This document shows positions 37,725 to 46,282 of a stretch of 64,000 nucleotides of DNA, piece by piece (within the stretch, counting starts at the first letter, position 1; each line of letters opens with the position of its first letter). The DNA is from Beijerinckiaceae bacterium (GTDB lineage: Bacteria; Pseudomonadota; Alphaproteobacteria; Rhizobiales; Beijerinckiaceae), in assembly GCA_947478405.1 (NCBI GenBank), contig CANJVX010000005.1, forward strand, positions 2,255 to 66,254, in the 5' to 3' direction. The notes under the pieces were generated by a model. That model did not search any database. It was not told where the DNA came from and saw only the letters and a list, made by a program, of their open reading frames with translations. A program made the translations under genes and the position numbers.

Positions 37725-38803
37725 GGGCCGATCCAGCGCGCGCCAGATCCGGGCCCCGTCGTCAAATGTAGGACGCCATTTTCGATCTCGATTCCATCGA
37801 AGGGATCATCGAGCAGGCGTGCAAATTCACCCAGCTCGCAGGCATAATCGACGCCAGGCAGCGCACAAGCCAGATGAAGGGCATGAGCTGACAGCAAGCG
37901 CGATCCGACAGCTGCGCCCATGCGGTAAGAAACACCCGCCTGTTCACACAGACGCGCCGCCGCAATCGTATTGCGCAAGCCGCCAAGCTTTGGGATTTTG
38001 AGCGAGACTGCATCAACTGCCCGTTTGGTGACCAGTTGATAAATCTCGGCCAGAGAACCTGCTGCCTCATCCGCCTCGACCTTCACTGGCACGGTGCGTG
38101 TCACGAGTGCAAGGCCTTCGAAATCATCGGCAGAAACGGGCTGTTCGACCAAATCAATGTTGTAGTCAGCCATGCGATTGATCGCGATGATCGCATTTTT
38201 GGTCGTATAGGATTGATTGGCGTCGATGGTGAGATGCACATCATCCCCCACTTGTTTGCGAATGGCGGCTACACGCTTCACATCGAGATCAACTTCGCCA
38301 TGCACCTTGATCTTAAGGTAGCGATAGCCCTCATTGACGAGTTTTTGCGCTTGCGCTGCCATTTCGTCGGGTGTCTTGATCGCCAGAATGCGCAGGATTG
38401 GAACCTGATTGCGGACTTGGCCACCGAACAATTGGCACAAAGGTACATTGAGCCGCCGCGCGAGCAATTCATGCAAGGCGCAATCAATTGCAGCCTTGGC
38501 TTGCGGCGCGCCCCGCATGGCACGATCCAGCGCGGCCCCAATAGCCTCGATATGACCTCCATCCTTCCCCACAACATGGGGTTTGAAATATGCCAGCTCG
38601 GCTTCGAGCGTTGCGGCAATCGCACCCATATGGGGCGTTGCAGACGCGTAGCCGTAACCTTCGTTTCCGGCTTCATCCGCAATGCGCAGAATTGAGCCTT
38701 CTGTCACAGGGCTTGCGCCAAGTGCGAATTTCCAACTCGGATCTTCCTTACGCATCACGTTGGGATGCGAGGTAAAGTCGCGGATAATCAAGGCACCCTC
38801 CAC
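37721..38803 (-). CDS. enolase-superfamily enzyme (mandelate racemase/muconate lactonizing, dipeptide-epimerase-like)
   Basis: KIKVHG (KxK), TIDANQ, VEQP, EADE and SLKIPKLGG catalytic/metal blocks. GTG start. Confidence 0.8.
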   Translation of the reverse strand: MEGALIIRDFTSHPNVMRKEDPSWKFALGASPVTEGSILRIADEAGNEGYGYASATPHMGAIAATLEAELAYFKPHVVGKDGGHIEAIGAALDRAMRGAPQAKAAIDCALHELLARRLNVPLCQLFGGQVRNQVPILRILAIKTPDEMAAQAQKLVNEGYRYLKIKVHGEVDLDVKRVAAIRKQVGDDVHLTIDANQSYTTKNAIIAINRMADYNIDLVEQPVSADDFEGLALVTRTVPVKVEADEAAGSLAEIYQLVTKRAVDAVSLKIPKLGGLRNTIAAARLCEQAGVSYRMGAAVGSRLLSAHALHLACALPGVDYACELGEFARLLDDPFDGIEIENGVLHLTTGPGSGARWIGP

Positions 38804-38881
38804 AAATCACGCTTTTCTAGCGTTTTTTCTATTATTCGACGGACATGTGTAGCTGGCAAGCGGAAGCTTGCTCATGTCACA

Positions 38882-39991
38882 TCACGGTTGCTTGGTCATG
38901 ACGGCCTGGATCATATCTTCGGAGCTGGCCGTATATTGGTTGAGAGCCTCTGGCGAGACAAATTGCTCCGTCACGCGCGACAAAGCGTCGATGATGGGCA
39001 TGACATCAGCGCGCGCCGGCACATCGGTTCGGCTTGGGAAGTAGCCTGCCTCCGACAAGATTTGCTGGCCTTCACGCGACAGCACAAAATCAACCATCAG
39101 CATGGCGGCGTGGGGGTGACGCGCGCCCTTGGGCACAATCATCGTGCCCACAGTGCTTGCCACAGGATCAAGCAGAACTGTGCTCACCGGCGCACCCTTC
39201 GAGGCGCTGATCAGCGGATGATGGGCAAAAATATTAAGCGCCAAACCCAATTCACCTGCAATCACACGATCAACAAGACCACGCGCGCTCGCACCACTGA
39301 GCGAAATGACATTCTGGCTTGAAAGTCGACGCAGATAAGCGTGGGCTGCCTCTTCGCCCCATTTCATCCGCAGGTTGGTGACAAACAAATCCGCACCACT
39401 GGCGCTGCCTGCATGCCAGGCCATGCGGCCTTGCCACCGCGGATCGAGAAGATCTTCATATGTCTTGGGCAAATCGGCAGATGATGTTGCTTTGGTGTTA
39501 TAGCCAATACCGAAGAAACTGCGGCGCGTCGGGGTCCAGAGGCCGTTGCGGTCACGATATCTTTCTGGAATTTCGGCGATGATCGGTGTGGCATAGGGCT
39601 GCGCAAAACCAGCCTGAACCACTGCCTCGCCAACACCTGTGCCCTCAACCAGATCGGCCACAACCTTACCCGCGCGCACTTCTGCCGAAAGCTTGGTGAA
39701 AATGCCCGCCGATTCCGCGCGCCAGTAATTCACCTTGATGAAGGGATATTTCTTCATGAAGGCTTCTGAGATGGGTCGCAGGGCCTGATTGACGATCATG
39801 GCCGAATAGAAAACCACCTCGGCTTCCGCCTTGGCGCCCACAATCAGCTTCGCCTGCCGATCCGGCCCGGCATAGGTCAGCGGATCGGCCCGGCCAGTCG
39901 CGGGCAATGCCAATGAAGCGGCCAGGATGAATGCTGTAATCGGCTGGCTCCAGCACGGCCGACAGTTTGTCCGGATCACCGGCCCCTCCAT
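38882..39991 (-). CDS. ABC substrate-binding protein (Fe3+/family-1 type), paralog
   Basis: Shares long identical stretches with 36612-37724 (VNQALRPI.EAFMKKYPF.K..YWRA...KLSAEVRA..VVADLVEGTGVGE). Hydrophobic leader. Confidence 0.75.
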   Translation of the reverse strand: MEGPVIRTNCRPCWSQPITAFILAASLALPATGRADPLTYAGPDRQAKLIVGAKAEAEVVFYSAMIVNQALRPISEAFMKKYPFIKVNYWRAESAGIFTKLSAEVRAGKVVADLVEGTGVGEAVVQAGFAQPYATPIIAEIPERYRDRNGLWTPTRRSFFGIGYNTKATSSADLPKTYEDLLDPRWQGRMAWHAGSASGADLFVTNLRMKWGEEAAHAYLRRLSSQNVISLSGASARGLVDRVIAGELGLALNIFAHHPLISASKGAPVSTVLLDPVASTVGTMIVPKGARHPHAAMLMVDFVLSREGQQILSEAGYFPSRTDVPARADVMPIIDALSRVTEQFVSPEALNQYTASSEDMIQAVMTKQP

Positions 39992-40095
39992 TATGACGAC
40001 GCCCTTGTTGTCCGGCGCTTATCTGTCAGGTAATTCTAGTCCGAAGGTCGGGACCTTGTCACCCGTCTAGCCAAAGAAACCATGGAGAATCAAGA

Positions 40096-41208
40096 ATGAG
40101 CGACGAAGTCGCCGCCCCGCGCTATGGCATCGATGCCTATCTAGACTGGGTCAATGCCGAGGGCATGCCCGTGGTCGAGGGGGATTATGCCATCGACCTT
40201 TTTCAGGTTGAGACCGGCCCATGGGCCCGGGTAGGATGCAAGGGCGCAGCTGTTCACCTCAAGGGTCGGGGTGATTTCTGCAACATGTTCCTCTTTGAAC
40301 TGGCCCCGGGCGCGTCAAGCGCACCCCTTCGCCATATCTATGAAGATATCTATTATGTCCTCGAAGGCCATGGCTCGACGCAGGTGGAGCTGCCAGATGG
40401 CACGAAGCGCAGCTTCGAATGGTCGCCCAAATCCATGTTCTCGATTCCCATCAACATGCCGCATCGCCATTTCAATGCCGGCGGGCGTGAGCGTGCGCTT
40501 TTTGTGACAACCACAAACATGCCGCTTCTGATGAACACTTTCCACAACGACACGTTCATATTCGACAATACATTCAGCTTCCGCGACCGTATTGGCAAAG
40601 AAAACTACTGGTCGGGAGAGGGTGACTTCATCCCCATTCGTCCGGGCAATCATTTGTGGGAAACAAATTTCGTTCCTGATATGGCTAATATCAAGCTGCA
40701 TGAATATGCTGATCGGGGCGGCGGCTCCAGCAACATCAAGTTTGTTCTGGCCGATGGCATTATGTCCGGCCACATGTCTGAAATGCCTTCAGGCACCTAC
40801 AAGAAAGCCCATAGGCACGGGCCCGGGACGCATGTGATCTGCGTGACAGGCCACGGCTATTCTCTGCTTTGGTATGAAGGCGACAGTGATTTTACGCGGA
40901 TCGAATGGCAGCACGGCGTTGTCTTTCCACCATGCCAGAGCCAGATTCATCAGCACTTCAACACAAGCCTGGAGCCGGCGCGCTATCTCGCCATGGGCAT
41001 TGGTAATGTGCGCTATCCCTTCACCTTGCAGAAGCGCCAGACAATGATTGGCGAGAAAGGTGCCAAACAGCGCTCATCGGTCTCGATCAAGCAAGGCGGC
41101 AATCAGATTGAATTTGAAGATCAGGATCCGCGCGTTCACGCGCTTTGGCTCGACGAGATGCGCAAAGCGAAGATCACGCCGCGCATGGAAAAATATTTTC
41201 CGGAATAA
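40096..41208 (+). CDS. bicupin protein (gentisate-dioxygenase-like architecture)
   Basis: Two cupin barrels. The second carries AHRHGPGTHVICVTGHG and IHQHFN metal-type motifs. GGAGA RBS. Confidence 0.7.
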   Translation: MSDEVAAPRYGIDAYLDWVNAEGMPVVEGDYAIDLFQVETGPWARVGCKGAAVHLKGRGDFCNMFLFELAPGASSAPLRHIYEDIYYVLEGHGSTQVELPDGTKRSFEWSPKSMFSIPINMPHRHFNAGGRERALFVTTTNMPLLMNTFHNDTFIFDNTFSFRDRIGKENYWSGEGDFIPIRPGNHLWETNFVPDMANIKLHEYADRGGGSSNIKFVLADGIMSGHMSEMPSGTYKKAHRHGPGTHVICVTGHGYSLLWYEGDSDFTRIEWQHGVVFPPCQSQIHQHFNTSLEPARYLAMGIGNVRYPFTLQKRQTMIGEKGAKQRSSVSIKQGGNQIEFEDQDPRVHALWLDEMRKAKITPRMEKYFPE

Positions 41209-41242
41209 AAAAAGGGCCGGATCAATCCGGCCCTTTCTTTTT
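41207..41242. terminator. bidirectional rho-independent terminator shared by convergent bicupin genes
   Basis: AAAAAAA-GGGCCGGA-TCAA-TCCGGCCC-TTTCTTTTT. Confidence 0.75.
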
Positions 41243-41243
41243 G

Positions 41244-42473
41244 TCAGAAGAGATCTTTCGGCTGATCAATGCCTGCCGTTGCCTCATCATACCAGCGCGA
41301 ATCCATTCGCGAGGGTGCGCCCTCGACAGCAAGTGTCCGCTCGAATTCAGCGCGCAGAAATGCATCTTCCTCATGATAGGGAATGGCGCCGCCACCCTTC
41401 TTGATATCGATTGCACCACGATCAGTAATTTGCTCGCCAGGGCGACCAGGCTTGCGCGAGGTCGAATTATTGGGCCCAAACCAAGCGCTCAGGCGCAGCG
41501 GATCTTTGCTGACGCCAAAGTGTTGATGGAACCAGTCGCCTGCCATAGGCGCAGCTGAAACCAGACCACCAAATTCATAATCCTGTCGGCGAACCTGATC
41601 AGCCTTTCCTGCCTCCCATGGCTTCAAACCAAGCGTTTCAGGCCAAGTGAAAGTATAGCCCTTGCCTTTGAGGCAGACGAGGACAGCGGCGGACCCATGC
41701 TTATGAGCCTTTGAATAGCGGCCCGTCTCATGCTGGCCAACCCAGAGATAAAAGCGATTGCCCGCCATATGCGGTTCAATGCGCCGATAGCCAGGCGACC
41801 GGCGATTATCGAGCGGCAATTCGCAATTGATCACGTCAGGCACGATATTCGTCTTCTTCATCGCCAGCCCGCGCACCGGATCGGGTGCAATATCATCTTG
41901 CGGCGTGAAATAATCGCTTGCACCTGAATAGCGATCGGTAAAGTCGAACGGGCATTCGAAAATGAACTTCGGATTGTCCAGCAGGTTGAACATATTCGGC
42001 GCGCTGGTTCCGCAGAGCAGAATGGCCGGACTGTTCGTGGCATTGACGAAGCGATGGTAGGCATTGATCGGAATGGAGAAGAGAGAGCCCTTCTGCCACT
42101 CAAAATGCTGCTTCTTGGAATTGCTTTCCTGCCAGACTTCCGTTGAACCCCGACCTTCAATCACCATGACAATCTTTTCATAGACATGATGATCAATATT
42201 CAATGCACCACCTGGCGGGACTTCCACCACATACATGCCCCAGAGGCCTTCAGTGCCGTAAAGCTGAACATAAGTGCCGCGTCCACCAAGCCGCTTCCAC
42301 GGCTTCATCGGCAGATCGAGAACCGTCCGAACGCCAATGTCGCGATAGACCGGAACGCCTTCCGATTCCATGAACTGATCATAAGGCATGGAGGGGCGAG
42401 CAAATTTACCCAGGCCCGCCATTTTATCAGCGGTTGGTTCGTGCCAATGTGAACCTTTATCGTCATGGGGCAT
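41244..42473 (-). CDS. bicupin protein, paralog of 40096-41208
   Basis: Same two-barrel layout (SLFSIPINAYHRFVN; AHKHGSAAVLVCLKGKG; WFHQHFG). GGAGGAG RBS. No signal peptide. Confidence 0.7.
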   Translation of the reverse strand: MPHDDKGSHWHEPTADKMAGLGKFARPSMPYDQFMESEGVPVYRDIGVRTVLDLPMKPWKRLGGRGTYVQLYGTEGLWGMYVVEVPPGGALNIDHHVYEKIVMVIEGRGSTEVWQESNSKKQHFEWQKGSLFSIPINAYHRFVNATNSPAILLCGTSAPNMFNLLDNPKFIFECPFDFTDRYSGASDYFTPQDDIAPDPVRGLAMKKTNIVPDVINCELPLDNRRSPGYRRIEPHMAGNRFYLWVGQHETGRYSKAHKHGSAAVLVCLKGKGYTFTWPETLGLKPWEAGKADQVRRQDYEFGGLVSAAPMAGDWFHQHFGVSKDPLRLSAWFGPNNSTSRKPGRPGEQITDRGAIDIKKGGGAIPYHEEDAFLRAEFERTLAVEGAPSRMDSRWYDEATAGIDQPKDLF

Positions 42474-42571
42474 TTTAGTCTCCTCCCTGTTTTCTTTGCT
42501 TGTTATCGCCAGTCTATAGAGGCTGCTTATTTATTTCCAGTGTCGCACTCAAGATCATTTCGTCTCGATCC

Positions 42572-45500
42572 TCACTGGCCATCCGATATGCCTTCGCGCG
42601 CTGTCTTGTTGAAAACGAACCGCCCGAAGGCAAGTCCTATCCCGCAGACCAGCGTGATTAAAATAGCAGCAACGGCACCCGTCTCAACTGAGACTGACAA
42701 TTGGGTCGGCAAATAATTCATCACCGTTTGTAATTGTCTCATGTCCCACACCACTTTAGTGATGCCAAAACCGACGGCCAGACTGACAAGGGCGCCAATG
42801 GCAAAACCTGCGAGCGAGGGGCCGATGACATTGGGCAAGAAGAATCGCACGACAGCGCCGGGACCAGCGCCGCGGATCCGCAAGAGACCAAGCGTACGTC
42901 TATCCTCGACGTAATTGGCGTAGGCGACCGCAAAGATGCCGATAAAGGCGAGGATCAACCCGCCCAGCAGATAGATCTGCACATTCTGCCTTGCGAGGAA
43001 AATATACATGTCGGAACCAAGCCGCGCTACTTCAGTGGGCGTGTCACGCATATCCAGCGGAACGGTCCCGAGCGTGTCTCGGACATTCTGCCGTAATCTT
43101 TCAGTCGGCACGCCTGCATCTGCCTTAATCATCAACACGACGCGCGGCAAAAGAACGTCAAGCTGATCAAAGCGCGGATTGCTGGCAGACGCCACGAGAT
43201 AGGGACTCGAAGAAAAGAGATGGTTCAGATAATCTACGCGCGCACTGATGAAGCCTTCGCGGTCATTAACTGTCTTGAGCGGCAAGCCCGGCAAAAAACG
43301 CAGCGAACCGCCAAATGGCGCCCGCTCCATTTGTTGGGCCACGTTACGCCCAATCGGCATCGGCCCACCAATCGCGCGACGATAGAATTTCGTCACCGAG
43401 GACGAGCTGAGAACATCGTCACCTGACAATCGATTGATGAGTGCATCAAATGGCTCGGATTCTCCAAGCCCCTGTTCGGCATGAACAGCCGCACGATAGG
43501 CAAGCGGATCGCCTATGAGATAAATAGGCAGACCTGAAAAACCCCGATCAGGCATATAGACGCCCTCGGTAATGCCCTCGACGATAAAATCGACACTTGT
43601 AATTCCCGGCTGTGCTTTCAGCTTTGACATAAGCGGCACAAGCCGCTCTTTCAAAATATCAAGACGCTGCTTCATGCCGCCGCGCGCTTGCGCCTCGGCG
43701 GGCATCAGATCCAGCGCATTCAATGTGACTTGCAAATCGGAGCCCAATTGCGCACGTGCACCGCGCTGCGTCTTATTGTCGAACACCGCCGTCATGACGG
43801 TGGGATAAAGTGCCAGCGTCGACAACATAGCCACAATGAGCAGGAAGGACGCTGCGCGATGGCGGCGGATGCTCATATGTTTTAGTGAAGCGACCCGTAA
43901 TGGTCCAGCAAGCATAAAGGCTGCTGGTGCCATGAGCTTTGTCATCACGCTCTCGCGAGAAGCGATCAGGCTGACAAAGCCATAGACGAGTAACGGGAAT
44001 GCGATGAAGTCCAGCGCGCGATCAACTTCAAATACCCAAGGCCCGGGCACAATATCGCTGATCGACCAGCTCCCGATCCAGCCCGCAAGTTTGATCAGAC
44101 CGATAGCCAAAGCCAGCGCCTGTGAAAACCCGAAGCGTGTACCCGATGCATTGGCCTCAAATGTTGCGACACGACGTGAGGCTTCGAGCGGTGAGACACG
44201 AGACGCTTCTTGCACAAGACGCCAGCCGCTCAGCAACGCAATCAGAATGCCAATGGTCAGGAATGCGACCAGATAAAGGGGCTCCTGAATTTTCAAGGCC
44301 AAATCAAACGACGGAAGACGCCCCATGTAGAGCCACATGGGCAAGAGCGAGCCAAGGATTGCACCCGCCAAGCCGCCTAAGATGCCGCCTGCCCCAATAG
44401 CTGTGAGCATAGTGCGCGCGATATCCGCGCTTTTCACGCCACGTAATCGCAAAAGACCCAGCTTGCGACGCTCATTAAGCAAAAGCAGGCTTGCCAGATT
44501 GCCGAGCAAAATACCCGCAATGATCAGCAAGGGCAGCGAGACCAAAAGCGCAATCAGGGCAATCTTGCGGGCGATATCAGCCATACGAATAAACATCGCG
44601 CCAAGACTATGATCAACAGCGGCACTTTGCGTCATATCCTGCACACTATCGGCAATCAGCGCGCCCGTGCGGATGATGCGTGTCAGCGAACTATCAATAT
44701 CCCAACCTGAGACAAGCTTTTCACGATCAATACGAGCCAGATGTATAACCTCCGGAAAATATTTCCCGGGGTCGCCGTGCACATCGGCATGATCATGCAC
44801 ATGAATAATGCCGCGCGAAATAGCATCGAAATCATCGAGCCGTTTGAAATTATAGGGTGTCACCAGAATGAGGCCCAGCTCGGGAACAAGTGTCGGCGAA
44901 GATGTCTGCTCCATATACCAACGATTGATCTCGTTGGAATCAACGCGGATCACACGCTCAATCGGCGTCTCGACGATGATATATCCTTTTTTCTTTTGGG
45001 AGTGACTATGCGAATGACCCTCGGCGCCATGTGCATCATCGCTATCGTGATGATCATCTTCTTCGCCATCTTCCGACAGATCTTTGCGATCAACAACGAG
45101 GCGAAATTGTTTCTTGCCTTGGAGACGCAGATAGGCGTCTCCCATTTGCGCTTTTGAACCCACCAGCACCAGAACGGCACCGCCGCCCGAGGGCCGGATG
45201 TCAGGCGGCAACATGGACGGGTCGGTGGGCGACAGAAATGAAACCCATGGCGATCGGATTTGCTCGCCATCTATTTCAGGCTTTGTTGTATAGGGCAGGA
45301 TCGTACGCAGGAAATAAAGGCGTTGCGTCTTCGTAACACCTTCAACCGTTGAAATGGCATCAGCCAGCTTTGCGGAAAGACCAATTTCAGCTGTTTGGTA
45401 AACAGATATATCCCATGGCACCCGCTCGATCTGATCGGCTACATAACGCTGCATGGCATGACGCGACGTGACTGTGATCGCAGCGAGCAAAAAGACGATC

Positions 45501-45574
45501 AGCCCCGTGACCAGCGCAAAAACCGCAAAAGGACGTCGACCAAGAACGGCGTGAAGCAAGCGCGCGGGCGACAT
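42572..45574 (-). CDS. large double-FtsX-domain ABC permease (MacB/YbbP-like, type VII) with His/Asp-rich periplasmic tracts
   Basis: About 1000 aa. N-terminal TM, a ~300-aa extracytoplasmic domain, an FtsX 3-TM bundle, further TMs, a second extracytoplasmic domain and a second FtsX bundle. ATG 45574 lies 2 nt after the ATPase stop; the listed 45616 is a TTG. Confidence 0.8.
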   Translation of the reverse strand: MSPARLLHAVLGRRPFAVFALVTGLIVFLLAAITVTSRHAMQRYVADQIERVPWDISVYQTAEIGLSAKLADAISTVEGVTKTQRLYFLRTILPYTTKPEIDGEQIRSPWVSFLSPTDPSMLPPDIRPSGGGAVLVLVGSKAQMGDAYLRLQGKKQFRLVVDRKDLSEDGEEDDHHDSDDAHGAEGHSHSHSQKKKGYIIVETPIERVIRVDSNEINRWYMEQTSSPTLVPELGLILVTPYNFKRLDDFDAISRGIIHVHDHADVHGDPGKYFPEVIHLARIDREKLVSGWDIDSSLTRIIRTGALIADSVQDMTQSAAVDHSLGAMFIRMADIARKIALIALLVSLPLLIIAGILLGNLASLLLLNERRKLGLLRLRGVKSADIARTMLTAIGAGGILGGLAGAILGSLLPMWLYMGRLPSFDLALKIQEPLYLVAFLTIGILIALLSGWRLVQEASRVSPLEASRRVATFEANASGTRFGFSQALALAIGLIKLAGWIGSWSISDIVPGPWVFEVDRALDFIAFPLLVYGFVSLIASRESVMTKLMAPAAFMLAGPLRVASLKHMSIRRHRAASFLLIVAMLSTLALYPTVMTAVFDNKTQRGARAQLGSDLQVTLNALDLMPAEAQARGGMKQRLDILKERLVPLMSKLKAQPGITSVDFIVEGITEGVYMPDRGFSGLPIYLIGDPLAYRAAVHAEQGLGESEPFDALINRLSGDDVLSSSSVTKFYRRAIGGPMPIGRNVAQQMERAPFGGSLRFLPGLPLKTVNDREGFISARVDYLNHLFSSSPYLVASASNPRFDQLDVLLPRVVLMIKADAGVPTERLRQNVRDTLGTVPLDMRDTPTEVARLGSDMYIFLARQNVQIYLLGGLILAFIGIFAVAYANYVEDRRTLGLLRIRGAGPGAVVRFFLPNVIGPSLAGFAIGALVSLAVGFGITKVVWDMRQLQTVMNYLPTQLSVSVETGAVAAILITLVCGIGLAFGRFVFNKTAREGISDGQ

Positions 45575-45576
45575 GG

Positions 45577-46278
45577 TCACGACACGCGCTCGACAATTCC
45601 GTCGCGCATGTAGCAAACGCGCGGAAAGACTTCGACAACTTTTGGATCGTGCGATGCGACAATCACCGTCTTGTTGCGCTGGGTAGCCAGATCGATCAGA
45701 ATTTTGGTGATGATCTGCGCATTATGGCTGTCAAGATTACCCGTTGGCTCATCTGCCAAAATAATCGGCGGGTCATTCACAAGTGCCAGACACACGGCCA
45801 CACGCTGCTGCTCGCCGCCAGACAATTCCTCAGGCCGCTTGAACCCCTTGGCCTTGAGACCGACACTATCGAGTAGATCCTCAGCGCGATGCTTGCGCTC
45901 CTCAGCTGGAAGCCCCGCCATCAACATGGGTAGTTCAAGATTTTCAAAAGCTGAAAGGCTTGGAATGAGATTGAAGAACTGGAAGACGAAGCCGATATTA
46001 TGAAGCCTATAATTTTCGAGCTGGCGTTCATTCATGGTCGCAACATTGAGCCCGCCGGCAAAAACATCGCCCTTGGTCGGGCGATCCATTCCACCCAGGA
46101 GATTGAGGATTGTTGACTTCCCGCAACCCGACGGACCCATCAAAGCAACCGCCTCACCCGGATTTACGCTCCACGAAAGATTTTCCAGCGCTGTGACGCG
46201 CTGCGCGGTCGTCTCATAATATTTGGACACATTTTCCAGCCGAACGCTGGCCTTGTCTTGATGACTCATTGTCAGCAT
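45577..46278 (-). CDS. ABC ATP-binding protein, LolD/MacB/FtsE type
   Basis: GPSGCGKST, LSGGEQQRV, ILADEPTGNLD, ASHD. ATG 46278 lies 4 nt after the upstream stop (ATG 46269 is the alternative). Confidence 0.9.
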   Translation of the reverse strand: MLTMSHQDKASVRLENVSKYYETTAQRVTALENLSWSVNPGEAVALMGPSGCGKSTILNLLGGMDRPTKGDVFAGGLNVATMNERQLENYRLHNIGFVFQFFNLIPSLSAFENLELPMLMAGLPAEERKHRAEDLLDSVGLKAKGFKRPEELSGGEQQRVAVCLALVNDPPIILADEPTGNLDSHNAQIITKILIDLATQRNKTVIVASHDPKVVEVFPRVCYMRDGIVERVS

Positions 46279-46282
46279 CCGA

